This document shows positions 26,129-33,465 of a DNA stretch of 64,000 bases, piece by piece (positions within the stretch are counted from its first letter, which is position 1; every line of letters begins with the position of its first letter). The position numbers and the translations under genes were made by a program. Source of the stretch: a virus (taxonomy: Duplodnaviria; Caudoviricetes); IMG/VR virus record IMGVR_UViG_3300050821_001527, positions 96,001 through 160,000 of that record, one strand, 5' to 3'. The notes beneath the pieces were generated by a model. It made no database searches. It saw only the letters and a program-made list of their open reading frames with translations, and was not told where the DNA came from.

Positions 26129-26192
26129 ATTTATGCACCCAAAACTTGCAAGTTACTCGACCCATGAATCGAGTGTGGTGCAACCAATTTAT

Positions 26193-26267
26193 TCCCTAGT
26201 AGTGTCAAAGTAGCACGTCTCCCTGTTAAGGAGTTTAGTGTTGGTGCGAGTCCAACCTTCGGAACCA
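26193..26267 (+). tRNA. tRNA-Asn(GTT), mismatched acceptor
   Basis: Loop CTGTTAA. Confidence 0.7.
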
Positions 26268-26279
26268 TTTAGTCAGCAT

Positions 26280-26364
26280 TCCAGAGTAGGAGAATTGGTA
26301 AACCCAGCGGACTGTTAATCCGCCGCGAAAGCAACTGCTCGTTCAAGTCGAGCCTCTGGAGCCA
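26280..26364 (+). tRNA. tRNA-Asn(GTT) with long variable arm
   Basis: Loop CTGTTAA, V hairpin GC-GAAA-GC, canonical GG/TTC elbow, G73. Confidence 0.85.
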
Positions 26365-26474
26365 TTTTCAAGACATTTCCCCTGACGAAAGCTCTACGAT
26401 GTAGAACATCGCACCAGCAAGTCATGGTTACATGACGTGTCCGTGGACGCACGGAAGCGGGGAGTTTGAATTTT

Positions 26475-26552
26475 GCATCCGTCAACCAAACGCGTAAATG
26501 ACTCGGGCTTTTAACCCAAAGGATGTGGTCACGCAAGCCACCGGATGCACCA
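26475..26552 (+). tRNA. tRNA-Lys(TTT)
   Basis: Loop CTTTTAA, T-loop CACGCAA. Confidence 0.75.
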
Positions 26553-26670
26553 ATTTCTACCTGAACACAAGTGCTATGTCATCGAGCCAAGTCACGGTTA
26601 TTGTGTATCGTGAAAATTCCGTTGACAATGTAGCAATGCGCGAGAAAGACGCGCACGGGTTCCTTTTCAT

Positions 26671-26744
26671 AGGGATATAGTATAAAAGTAGAACGGCACC
26701 CTGACACGGTGAAGGCGAAGGAGCGTTACCTTCTATCCCTACCA
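26671..26744 (+). tRNA. tRNA-Val(GAC)
   Basis: Loop CTGACAC, T-loop AGCGTTA. Confidence 0.9.
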
Positions 26745-26750
26745 TTTTAT

Positions 26751-26831
26751 GAGAATCGAGACGCGGGTGCATATCCCGCCTGCCTGTTTAAATACTTGCA
26801 GTAGCTTAGTAGCAGAGCGCGATTCGTCTCC
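26751..26831 (+). ncRNA. Circularly permuted tRNA-like (Y-RNA-like) RNA 2
   Basis: GAATCG/CGATTC closing stem; T-arm, loop-closed CTGC/GCAG acceptor, then D arm TAGCTTAGTAGCAGAGC. Confidence 0.75.
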
Positions 26832-26838
26832 CTTTTAC

Positions 26839-26917
26839 GGAACGGTAACTCAAATGGGTCAAGAGTGTTCGCCCGATTAGCGAAAGGTTGTGGACTCCCA
26901 AGCCACTCGTTCTACCA
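26839..26917 (+). tRNA. tRNA-Ile(GAT), loop CCGATTA
   Basis: Cloverleaf with irregular T-loop. Confidence 0.65.
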
Positions 26918-26922
26918 ATCAC

Positions 26923-26995
26923 GGTTCCATACGATAAAGCAGTCCCCATGCCCGATTAGCGTGGTGTCTTGGTGCGAGTCCAAGTGGAACTACCA
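26923..26995 (+). tRNA. tRNA-Ile(GAT), loop CCGATTA
   Basis: GGTTCCA/TGGAACT, T-loop TGCGAGT. Confidence 0.7.
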
Positions 26996-27000
26996 TTTAC

Positions 27001-27076
27001 TGCCCTTTAGCTCATTCAGCAGAGCGGCGTCTTGATAAGGCGAAGGTGGTCGGGGCAGAGCCGACAAGGGCAACCA
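27001..27076 (+). tRNA. tRNA-Ile(GAT)
   Basis: Loop TTGATAA, T-loop GGCAGAG. Confidence 0.9.
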
Positions 27077-27079
27077 ATT

Positions 27080-27244
27080 ATGAAACCATACGGATTGACA
27101 AAGAAAATCCTACACAACCATCCCGATGTTCACCCGCCGAAGGGCTGGGTCAACTGGTGGGAAAGCGAAACGAGGGACTGTCTCCGCAAGAAAGCAGAAC
27201 GCCAACAGGCGAAAAAACAGATTTTACAAGATTTGGCTTCGTAG
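27080..27244 (+). CDS. Small basic hypothetical protein
   Basis: MKPYG start; stop TAG is nt 8-10 of tRNA-Lys. Confidence 0.6.
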   Translation: MKPYGLTKKILHNHPDVHPPKGWVNWWESETRDCLRKKAERQQAKKQILQDLAS

Positions 27245-27311
27245 CTCAAGCGTCAAGAGCAGCCGCCTTTTAAGCGGAAGCGTCCGGGCAGTCAATCCGG
27301 TGGGGCCACCA
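27235..27311 (+). tRNA. tRNA-Lys(TTT)
   Basis: Loop CTTTTAA, T-loop CAGTCAA. Confidence 0.85.
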
Positions 27312-27457
27312 ATTTATAAACACCTAGACCGTGTGCGATACCGGCATGGTTTCGTGAGTCGGCTATGTCGAAGCCGAAGAAGATTCGCGGGACTTGGAGT
27401 GTGAAAGAAGCACGGGTGTATTTTTTTGAATAAAAAGCGGATTCGTTTATCATAGGT

Positions 27458-27835
27458 ATGCAAAACGTTTATCTGAACCGCGACGAACTCCTGCCGATTG
27501 TCAAGGAGAACAAGCAAAAGCACGACAACATTTTTTCCACAGCCGTTTCCGGCTATTGGGTCAAGGCCGAAGAAATCCTGAACGGCAAACTGAACAAGGT
27601 CAAAGCCAAGCAGCAAGTTGACAATTACCTTGGACTCAGCTATCCCGAAGACCATTCTGATGAATATGACCGAGTAATCAGGATGCTGGAACTTTCGTCT
27701 GATGACAAGATTCAGCTTACGTCTTCCGAGTTTGATTGCTATGTTCGCAATCAATGGAACTGGCGCAAGGCGTTCTTGACGGTCAATTCAACATACATTT
27801 CGGACTGGAACCCCATTTCCGGGGCTTCATTCTAA
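27458..27835 (+). CDS. Conserved-looking phage hypothetical protein
   Basis: P.DHSDEYDRVIRMLE motif. Confidence 0.7.
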   Translation: MQNVYLNRDELLPIVKENKQKHDNIFSTAVSGYWVKAEEILNGKLNKVKAKQQVDNYLGLSYPEDHSDEYDRVIRMLELSSDDKIQLTSSEFDCYVRNQWNWRKAFLTVNSTYISDWNPISGASF

Positions 27836-27915
27836 CAGTCTTGGTCGAGGCGTGGGTTCGATTCCGCCGTGTGGCTCCATGCCGCACGTAGCTTAGTGGC
27901 AGAGCGCGACCTGTT
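27834..27915 (+). ncRNA. Circularly permuted tRNA-like (Y-RNA-like) RNA 3, Thr/Gly-type acceptor
   Basis: 3' half (GGTCG, TTCGATT T-loop, CGTGTGGC-TCCA), 1 nt, then 5' half (GCCGCACG, D arm, CGACC); ends pair AACAG/CTGTT. Confidence 0.8.
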
Positions 27916-27916
27916 C

Positions 27917-27991
27917 GGGGCTATGGTGCAGAAGTAAGCACGTTAGGTTCTCAACCTGAAAACGTCGGAGCGTTACCGACTAGCCCTACCA
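27917..27991 (+). tRNA. tRNA-Glu(CTC)
   Basis: Loop TTCTCAA, T-loop AGCGTTA. Confidence 0.85.
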
Positions 27992-27997
27992 ATTTAC

Positions 27998-28073
27998 GGG
28001 GGAGTGGTGCATAAGTAAGCACGGTTGGCTTTCACCCAGCAGAAGCTCGGAGCGTTACCGGCCTCCCCTACCA
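27998..28073 (+). tRNA. tRNA-Glu(TTC)
   Basis: Loop CTTTCAC. Confidence 0.85.
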
Positions 28074-28078
28074 TTTCT

Positions 28079-28156
28079 GTAGCTGACCAGTAAGTCGTCG
28101 TCTGCTCTGGCTTTCAACCAGATGTGTAGTGGGTGCGAGTCCCACCAGCTATGCCA
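28079..28156 (+). tRNA. tRNA-Glu(TTC)
   Basis: Loop CTTTCAA, irregular D arm. Confidence 0.75.
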
Positions 28157-28219
28157 TTTCCGGGGTGCGCCTCGTCAATTCGTTGATAGGACGGCGAATA
28201 TATCACCCCACTTTTTCTC

Positions 28220-28297
28220 GGTTCCGTGGTGTAAATGGATTAAGCACAAGAGACTTTGACCCTCTTAGCTCCGGGTGCCAGCCGGACGGAACTGCCA
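28220..28297 (+). tRNA. tRNA-Gln(TTG)
   Basis: Loop CTTTGAC. Confidence 0.8.
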
Positions 28298-28304
28298 TTT
28301 TTAT

Positions 28305-28380
28305 TCCCTCTTGGATTGTAATAGTAGCAACTCGGGCTTTGAACCCGAAAGCGGTGGGGCAGAACCATCAGAGGGAGCCA
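28305..28380 (+). tRNA. tRNA-Gln(TTG)
   Basis: U1:A72, loop CTTTGAA, G73. Confidence 0.9.
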
Positions 28381-28465
28381 TTTATCGGGGTAAGGGTGTA
28401 TTCGTGTAACGACCACTCGGAAGGAGTCTGGAAGCTTACGGACAAACTTCGTCCCCATCTATTTT

Positions 28466-28541
28466 CGGAGTGTATTGTCAACAGCAGACGGCCCGCCTTG
28501 GAAGTGGGAGGTAGTTGGGGCAGCACCAACCATTCCGACCA
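28466..28541 (+). tRNA. tRNA-Pro(TGG)
   Basis: Loop CTTGGAA, T-loop GGCAGCA. Confidence 0.9.
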
Positions 28542-28545
28542 ATTT

Positions 28546-28728
28546 ATGAACACTGAAAAAATCGTAGGTCAAGAATATCCAGCCGAATGTCTCGTTGATT
28601 CCAAGACGGGTCTGCCGGTGATGATTCGTCATACCGAAGATTCGGACAGGATTCGTCAGTTGGCGAAGGCCAGCGCGGAGAACCTTCTGAGGGCTTTGCG
28701 AGACGAAACGGGGCTGACGCCCATTTAA
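28546..28728 (+). CDS. Hypothetical protein (60 aa)
   Basis: ATG just after tRNA-Pro. Confidence 0.55.
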   Translation: MNTEKIVGQEYPAECLVDSKTGLPVMIRHTEDSDRIRQLAKASAENLLRALRDETGLTPI

Positions 28729-28733
28729 TTTAC

Positions 28734-28809
28734 GGGTCTATAACTCAAATAGATAGAGCCTCGCCTTCTAAGCGATGGGATTCAGGTGCGACTCCTGATA
28801 GACCTACCA
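28734..28809 (+). tRNA. tRNA-Arg(TCT)
   Basis: Loop CTTCTAA, T-loop TGCGACT. Confidence 0.9.
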
Positions 28810-28852
28810 TTTCTAGTATAGCCACATGGCGTTTCACAAGTGCTTCAACTAG

Positions 28853-28860
28853 GTGTAATT
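28853..28860 (+). promoter_or_regulatory. Phage GTGTAATT promoter motif
   Basis: 6 nt upstream of ATG 28867. Confidence 0.6.
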
Positions 28861-28866
28861 CTAGGT

Positions 28867-29343
28867 ATGGGCCACAAAGCTACAAACGAACAACTGGCGG
28901 TTATTATCGCAGAGTCTATTTCCTTCTCTGAGGCAATGAGAAAATGCGATATGAAGCCAAGGGGAGCGTCTTACCAATGGTTTCAAAAACGAGTTAAGAA
29001 GCTCGGATTAGACACGTCTCATTTTAAGGGATACTCGGCTGGTGGTCTGGAAAGGGCCAAGCAGATAAAGAAGCATTGGTCGGAGATTCTTGTTTTAGGA
29101 GACGGTTCGGGCAGAGAAAGGTCAGAGCCTCTTAGGAGGGCTTTTAAAGAATACTGCTTAGAGCAGGCAGTCCCACATATTTGCAACGTCTGCAACGTCT
29201 GCAAGATGGAACCAATTTGGAATGGCCAGCCAATGATATTTCAAATTGACCACATCAATTCAATCAATTTCGATAACAGACCGCTGAACCTTCAATGGAT
29301 TTGCGGCAACTGTCATCAACAGAAAAATTCTAACGGCTACTAA
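28867..29343 (+). CDS. HNH homing endonuclease
   Basis: LGLDTSHF.G N-terminus, CxxC, QIDHINSI..DNR..NL..ICGNCH. Confidence 0.9.
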   Translation: MGHKATNEQLAVIIAESISFSEAMRKCDMKPRGASYQWFQKRVKKLGLDTSHFKGYSAGGLERAKQIKKHWSEILVLGDGSGRERSEPLRRAFKEYCLEQAVPHICNVCNVCKMEPIWNGQPMIFQIDHINSINFDNRPLNLQWICGNCHQQKNSNGY

Positions 29344-29410
29344 GCTAATCAAGTGAAAGCAGCGGACTGAAAATCCGTGGAGTTTGGCGCGATACCAAAA
29401 GTAGCCACCA
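29335..29410 (+). tRNA. tRNA-Phe(GAA)
   Basis: Loop CTGAAAA, T-loop CGCGATA. Confidence 0.9.
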
Positions 29411-29415
29411 ATTTT

Positions 29416-29563
29416 GGGTATATGTTGTAATGGCAGCAAAAAGGGCGGGAGAGTCGAGGGAATAGCAGACCAACTATAGCTCTGTAAGCCTAGTAGCTCG
29501 ATTTGAAAACCTGAATACTCGTCTATACGAGTGGCCTCGGTTCGATTCCGGGTATATCCACCA
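29416..29563 (+). tRNA. tRNA with ~52-nt hairpin insert in the anticodon loop, long V arm, G3:U70
   Basis: GGGTATA/TATATCC-ACCA, D arm with GG, ACTCGT/ACGAGT V arm, TTCGATT T-loop; identity unresolved. Confidence 0.65.
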
Positions 29564-29567
29564 ATCT

Positions 29568-29646
29568 CCGTCAGTAGCTCAAATGTGGTAAGAGCGTTGG
29601 TTTGAAACACCAAAGGTTGTCGTTCCCCAAACGACTTGACGGGCCA
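29568..29646 (+). tRNA. tRNA-Phe(GAA)
   Basis: Loop TTGAAAC, T-loop TCCCCAA. Confidence 0.75.
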
Positions 29647-29666
29647 TTTTAAGTGTATAATTCTGT

Positions 29667-29921
29667 GTGGAAGCACTAGCAAAACAGACCCTTCAATGTG
29701 ATGACTGCAAGAAAGTCATTGACACCCGCCGCGATACTGACCTTGAGGACAGCATCCAAGCGAAGTTGAAGAACCTCAAGGGCGACCCGCAGGTTTATCA
29801 TTTCTGCGCGGAAAGCTGCCTTGCCTCCTTTTTGCAGAAGCGCATCAAGAAAAAGAACGCCCGCGCCTCATACGACGCTTTCGCCTACGAGATTGATTTG
29901 TCCGGGGCAAAGGTTAAATAA
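29667..29921 (+). CDS. Small Cys-containing hypothetical protein
   Basis: CDDC, FC..SC. Confidence 0.6.
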   Translation: MEALAKQTLQCDDCKKVIDTRRDTDLEDSIQAKLKNLKGDPQVYHFCAESCLASFLQKRIKKKNARASYDAFAYEIDLSGAKVK

Positions 29922-30130
29922 TGAAATTTTCATCTTTCGCCAAGCTTGTGTTGATTTTCGGGGCAGCGATTATGCTCCTTGATGGTTGCGCTCTCGTTGG
30001 TTGTAATCACGCATTCCCGCAAGTCGAATGGTATTGGTCAGCCGATGCTAAAGCCTGTCGCAAGGAACACGCGATGGAAGCCCAGTGGCGACAGTCCGCA
30101 ACAAACAATTTAAGGCAGTCGTTCAAGTGA
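29921..30130 (+). CDS. Small lipoprotein-like protein
   Basis: Signal peptide with LDGC; stop lies in next tRNA. Confidence 0.55.
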   Translation: MKFSSFAKLVLIFGAAIMLLDGCALVGCNHAFPQVEWYWSADAKACRKEHAMEAQWRQSATNNLRQSFK

Positions 30131-30184
30131 ACAAGATGCTCTCATAAGGCGTCAAGGATGGAGCGTTACCATCGTCTGCTACCA
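30114..30184 (+). tRNA. tRNA(CAT) elongator Met or Ile2
   Basis: Loop CTCATAA, 4-nt D loop. Confidence 0.75.
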
Positions 30185-30189
30185 ATTTC

Positions 30190-30266
30190 GGATTCGTAGC
30201 TCAAATGCTAAGAGCAGCCGGTTCTTACCCGGAAGGTTGTGGCTCGTCAAGCCACCGAGTCCACCA
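30190..30266 (+). tRNA. tRNA-Lys(CTT)
   Basis: Loop TTCTTAC, T-loop TCGTCAA. Confidence 0.85.
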
Positions 30267-30344
30267 TTTATGGCCGTCAGCCTGAACCCCATCAGGCTAG
30301 TCCACCAAGGACGATGCAGAGGGTTATGCAACGGCATCCATTTC

Positions 30345-30416
30345 GCCAGTGCCGTCAGCACGGATTCGAGTTTTGTAAACTTGAAGCAGTCGGGGCAGCA
30401 CCGACCTCTGGCTCCA
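30345..30416 (+). tRNA. tRNA-Thr(TGT)
   Basis: Loop TTTGTAA, CAGC D tetraloop, U73. Confidence 0.8.
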
Positions 30417-30420
30417 TTTC

Positions 30421-30556
30421 GCCGTTCTAGTTCAATGTAGAACACGTCTCTCGAAAAGCCGATAGGCTCCCTGAACGGAGCAGTTAGTGGGGTGTTTGCC
30501 CTGCGATGTAATAAGGCCAGATGAACTGCTGGTGCCAAGTCCAGCGAACGGCTCCA
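30421..30556 (+). tRNA. Thr-type tRNA body with ~62-nt insert in the anticodon loop
   Basis: GCCGTTC/GAACGGC-TCCA, D arm GTTC/GAAC, anticodon stem CGTCT/AGATG. Confidence 0.7.
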
Positions 30557-30626
30557 AACTAGGCTGCGCGTGGTAGCCTCAGAGGGGTGAAAGTCCCTAA
30601 CCACGACAAATTTAATTCAATTTAAT

Positions 30627-30701
30627 CGCCCGTTCTGAATAATAGTAGTTCGTCGCGCTCTGAACGCGAAGGCGGTGGGGCAGAACCATCACGGGTGGCC
30701 A
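30627..30701 (+). tRNA. tRNA-Gln(CTG)
   Basis: Loop CTCTGAA, G73. Confidence 0.85.
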
Positions 30702-30706
30702 TTTAC

Positions 30707-30780
30707 GCGGGATTAGCTCAAAAGTAGAGCGAGTCGTTTACACCGACAGGACGAGGGAGCATTACCTTCATTCCGCACCA
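30707..30780 (+). tRNA. tRNA-Val(TAC)
   Basis: Loop TTTACAC. Confidence 0.9.
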
Positions 30781-30785
30781 TTTAC

Positions 30786-30862
30786 GCAATCGAAGCTACA
30801 GCAGACCGGCTCCCGGCTCTTAACCGGATTTGGTGAGGTTGCAACTACCTCCGATTGCACCA
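30786..30862 (+). tRNA. tRNA-Lys(CTT)
   Basis: Loop CTCTTAA, T-loop TGCAACT. Confidence 0.8.
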
Positions 30863-30866
30863 TTTC

Positions 30867-30946
30867 GCGGTCTTAGCTTAAACGGATAAAAGCCCTTCGC
30901 TCTTAACGAATGAGATGTCGCCCTCCAAGCAGGACAGACCGCACCA
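30867..30946 (+). tRNA. tRNA-Lys(CTT), aberrant T arm
   Basis: Loop CTCTTAA, 3-bp T stem with large loop. Confidence 0.65.
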
Positions 30947-31006
30947 ATTTGATTACACCCCTGCCGCCTCTTGACAATGCGTAATCGCAGGGGTTTTTCC
31001 ATTTAT

Positions 31007-31092
31007 GGCCGTGTGTAGCGTAAGGGAAAAGCAGAACCGATAGACTTAAAATCTGTTGCTACTTGAGGGTGCAAGACCGTCCACGGCTACCA
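31007..31092 (+). tRNA. tRNA-Leu(TAA), expanded D region, 8-nt V
   Basis: Loop CTTAAAA, T-loop TGCAAGA. Confidence 0.75.
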
Positions 31093-31111
31093 ATTTAGTG
31101 TAATGTTTGTC

Positions 31112-31189
31112 ATGGACAACTCAAAGCCTTGGTGGAAAGAAGAATGGTTTGAAACTTGGCTGAAAATTGCCCGCCGTCAGTTCTCGTAA
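31112..31189 (+). CDS. 25-aa Trp-rich micropeptide
   Basis: ATG 6 nt after GTGTAATG (31098-31105). Confidence 0.45.
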   Translation: MDNSKPWWKEEWFETWLKIARRQFS

Positions 31190-31193
31190 ATGC

Positions 31194-31201
31194 GTGTAAT
31201 A
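31194..31201 (+). promoter_or_regulatory. Phage GTGTAATA promoter motif
   Basis: 6 nt upstream of ATG 31208. Confidence 0.65.
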
Positions 31202-31207
31202 AGAAGT

Positions 31208-31966
31208 ATGGGAAAGTTACTAAGACTCGGAAGAAAGCAAGCCCGCTTCGACAAGCGCACTTTGAAGCTGGAAGACTACATTTCTGCTGATTTACAGTTC
31301 CCCCGCAAGGTTGTTTGGCAGAACAAGATTCCAAATTGGGGCATGATGCTTAACGACCAGTTGGGAGATTGCACCTGTGCCGCTGCCGGTCACATGATTA
31401 TGAACTGGACGGCCAATGCGGGCGTCCTCGTCACCCCAAACGACAACCAAATTCTTTCCGCTTACGAAGCCGTTGGGGGATACAACCCAAATGCCGCTCC
31501 CGACGCCAATGGAAACAACCCAACCGATAACGGTGCCGTTGAACTTGACGTTTTGAAGTATTGGCAGGGAACCGGAATCGCCGGTCACAAAATCGGGGCT
31601 TACGTCAGCATTGACCCGAAGAACAGACGCCACTTGAAGTTGGCTATCTGGCTGTTTGGGGGAATTTACACAGGTGTCAACCTCACGCAAGCGGACATGG
31701 ACGCCACCAACGCAAACCAGCCTTGGAAATACACCACCGGTTCCTCGATTGGCGGTCACGCCATTCCTGCCTTGGGATTCAACCAGCACGGCTTTCAATT
31801 CATTACATGGGGAGCCGTTCAAACGGCCACTCCTGAATGGGTCGCCAACCAAACCGAAGAAGTTTACGCCTTGATTTCCGCAGATTGGCTTGAAAACAAT
31901 GGCAATGCTCCCTCTGGTTTTGATGCTCAACAACTTGCCGCCGACTTAAAAAGCGTCCAAAACTAA
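31208..31966 (+). CDS. Papain-like (C1-type) cysteine peptidase
   Basis: DQLGDCTCAA catalytic Cys, GGHAI catalytic His, ITWG. Confidence 0.8.
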   Translation: MGKLLRLGRKQARFDKRTLKLEDYISADLQFPRKVVWQNKIPNWGMMLNDQLGDCTCAAAGHMIMNWTANAGVLVTPNDNQILSAYEAVGGYNPNAAPDANGNNPTDNGAVELDVLKYWQGTGIAGHKIGAYVSIDPKNRRHLKLAIWLFGGIYTGVNLTQADMDATNANQPWKYTTGSSIGGHAIPALGFNQHGFQFITWGAVQTATPEWVANQTEEVYALISADWLENNGNAPSGFDAQQLAADLKSVQN

Positions 31967-32010
31967 TTCAAAATATTTGCTTGGGCCAAGCCATCCGGGT
32001 ATAATATGGC

Positions 32011-33357
32011 ATGAGTCCGTCGTCTAATGCCGTTCAGCCGCTCAAGGTAGTTTTTTGCACTACCTGCAAGGGCCGCGTAAGTCACATCAAGAAAACCCTC
32101 CCCAAGAATTTGGCCGATAATCCCGGCGCGACCTTTATCCTTCTGGATTACAATGATAGTGGTGAATTAGCTTACCACGTCCGCAACGCCTGCCAGTCCG
32201 AAATTAAAGAGGGCAGGCTGGTGTATTATCAATACCGAGACAATGTTCCCTTCCGCATGGCTCACGCCAAAAACATGGCGCACAGGCTCGGAATCATGGA
32301 AGGCGCGGATATTCTGGTGAACTTGGACGCCGACAATCGCACGGGCGAAGGCTTCGCTGAATACATCGCGGAAAACTTCACCCGCACCCGCAACGACCCG
32401 CAGGAAATTTTCATGTGGAGCAGGATGATTAAAGGGGTTCTGAAACGCGGAATCACCGGGCGCATTGTGGTCAGCAAAAACGCTTTTCTTCTCGCTGGCG
32501 GATACGACGAACAGTATGCCACTTACTCCCCGGACGATAAAGATTTTGAAGCCCGCTTACGCAGACTGGGATTCTGTGCCCAAGAGATTGACAGCAAGTA
32601 TCTGGACGCGGTATATCACGACGACAACGTAAGATTCAAGGAATACGCCCATTTGCTTGAGACGAGCGCAGCATACGAAACCCCCTGCATCTCTCCGCAC
32701 AACCGCGTAGTCAATAACGGTAAATTTGGTTGCGGGGTTGTTTACAAGAATTTCGACGAGACTCCAATCACGCTTGCTCCGGTTCCTACCCGTATTTTTG
32801 GCATCGGGATGCACAAGACCGCAACGACCTCTTTAAGCGAAGCCCTGACCATCCTTGGGCTAAAGTCGGGTCATTGGGAACACCCGCGCTGGGCTAGACA
32901 AGTCTGGTCTGACATGAAGAATGTCGGTAGCTCTCCATCCGTGGAAAAGTATTATGCGCTTAGTGATTTGCCAATCGGAATTCTGTTTAGAGAATTGGAC
33001 GTGGCTTATCCGGGGTCGAAGTTCATCCTGACTGTCCGCGATGAATATGAATGGTTGAAGTCGGTTGAGAAACACTTTGATAGAAACATCAATCCCTACC
33101 GTAATTCATGGGACAACGATGCCTTTACCCACAGACTACACAACGAAATCTATGGACAGAGAAAATTCTCTTACCGTGTGTTCGTGGAGAGATACAGGAA
33201 GCACAACGCGGAAGTCTTGGAGTATTTCAAGGACAGACCGAATGATTTGCTGGTTATGAACGTTGACGATAAGACTGGATGGACAGAGCTATGCGCCTTT
33301 TTGGGCCAGCCAGTTCCTTCTATGAGCTATCCGAGAAAGTTCGTGACCAAGAAATAA
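32011..33357 (+). CDS. Glycosyltransferase (GT2/GT7-like) fused to P-loop sulfotransferase
   Basis: N-terminal LDAD, GGYDE..DD.DF..RL; C-terminal IFGIGMHKTATTSL, P.SKFILTVR, W..LC.FL. Confidence 0.85.
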   Translation: MSPSSNAVQPLKVVFCTTCKGRVSHIKKTLPKNLADNPGATFILLDYNDSGELAYHVRNACQSEIKEGRLVYYQYRDNVPFRMAHAKNMAHRLGIMEGADILVNLDADNRTGEGFAEYIAENFTRTRNDPQEIFMWSRMIKGVLKRGITGRIVVSKNAFLLAGGYDEQYATYSPDDKDFEARLRRLGFCAQEIDSKYLDAVYHDDNVRFKEYAHLLETSAAYETPCISPHNRVVNNGKFGCGVVYKNFDETPITLAPVPTRIFGIGMHKTATTSLSEALTILGLKSGHWEHPRWARQVWSDMKNVGSSPSVEKYYALSDLPIGILFRELDVAYPGSKFILTVRDEYEWLKSVEKHFDRNINPYRNSWDNDAFTHRLHNEIYGQRKFSYRVFVERYRKHNAEVLEYFKDRPNDLLVMNVDDKTGWTELCAFLGQPVPSMSYPRKFVTKK

Positions 33358-33370
33358 ATTGAATTTTATT

Positions 33371-33460
33371 GGAAGATAAAGTAGTGAGGCAGCTACAACG
33401 CGGTGCTAACGCGATTGCCCCTCTAAAGGGGGTGGGGTTCGAGTCCTCTATCTTCCGCCA
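33371..33460 (+). tRNA. tRNA-Ser(GCT)
   Basis: Loop GTGCTAA, long V, TTC T-loop, G73. Confidence 0.9.
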
Positions 33461-33465
33461 AATTT

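Noticed and set aside
24662-28545. ORF-track entries spanning tRNAs (24662-25000, 25511-25867, 5' part of 28129-28728, 5' part of 34458-35006)
   Set aside because: They run through clear tRNA or ncRNA genes; true starts are downstream or the ORFs are spurious
29182-29205. 9-nt tandem repeat TGCAACGTC in the HNH gene
   Set aside because: Single in-frame duplication (CNVCNVCK); slippage or assembly artefact, no wider pattern
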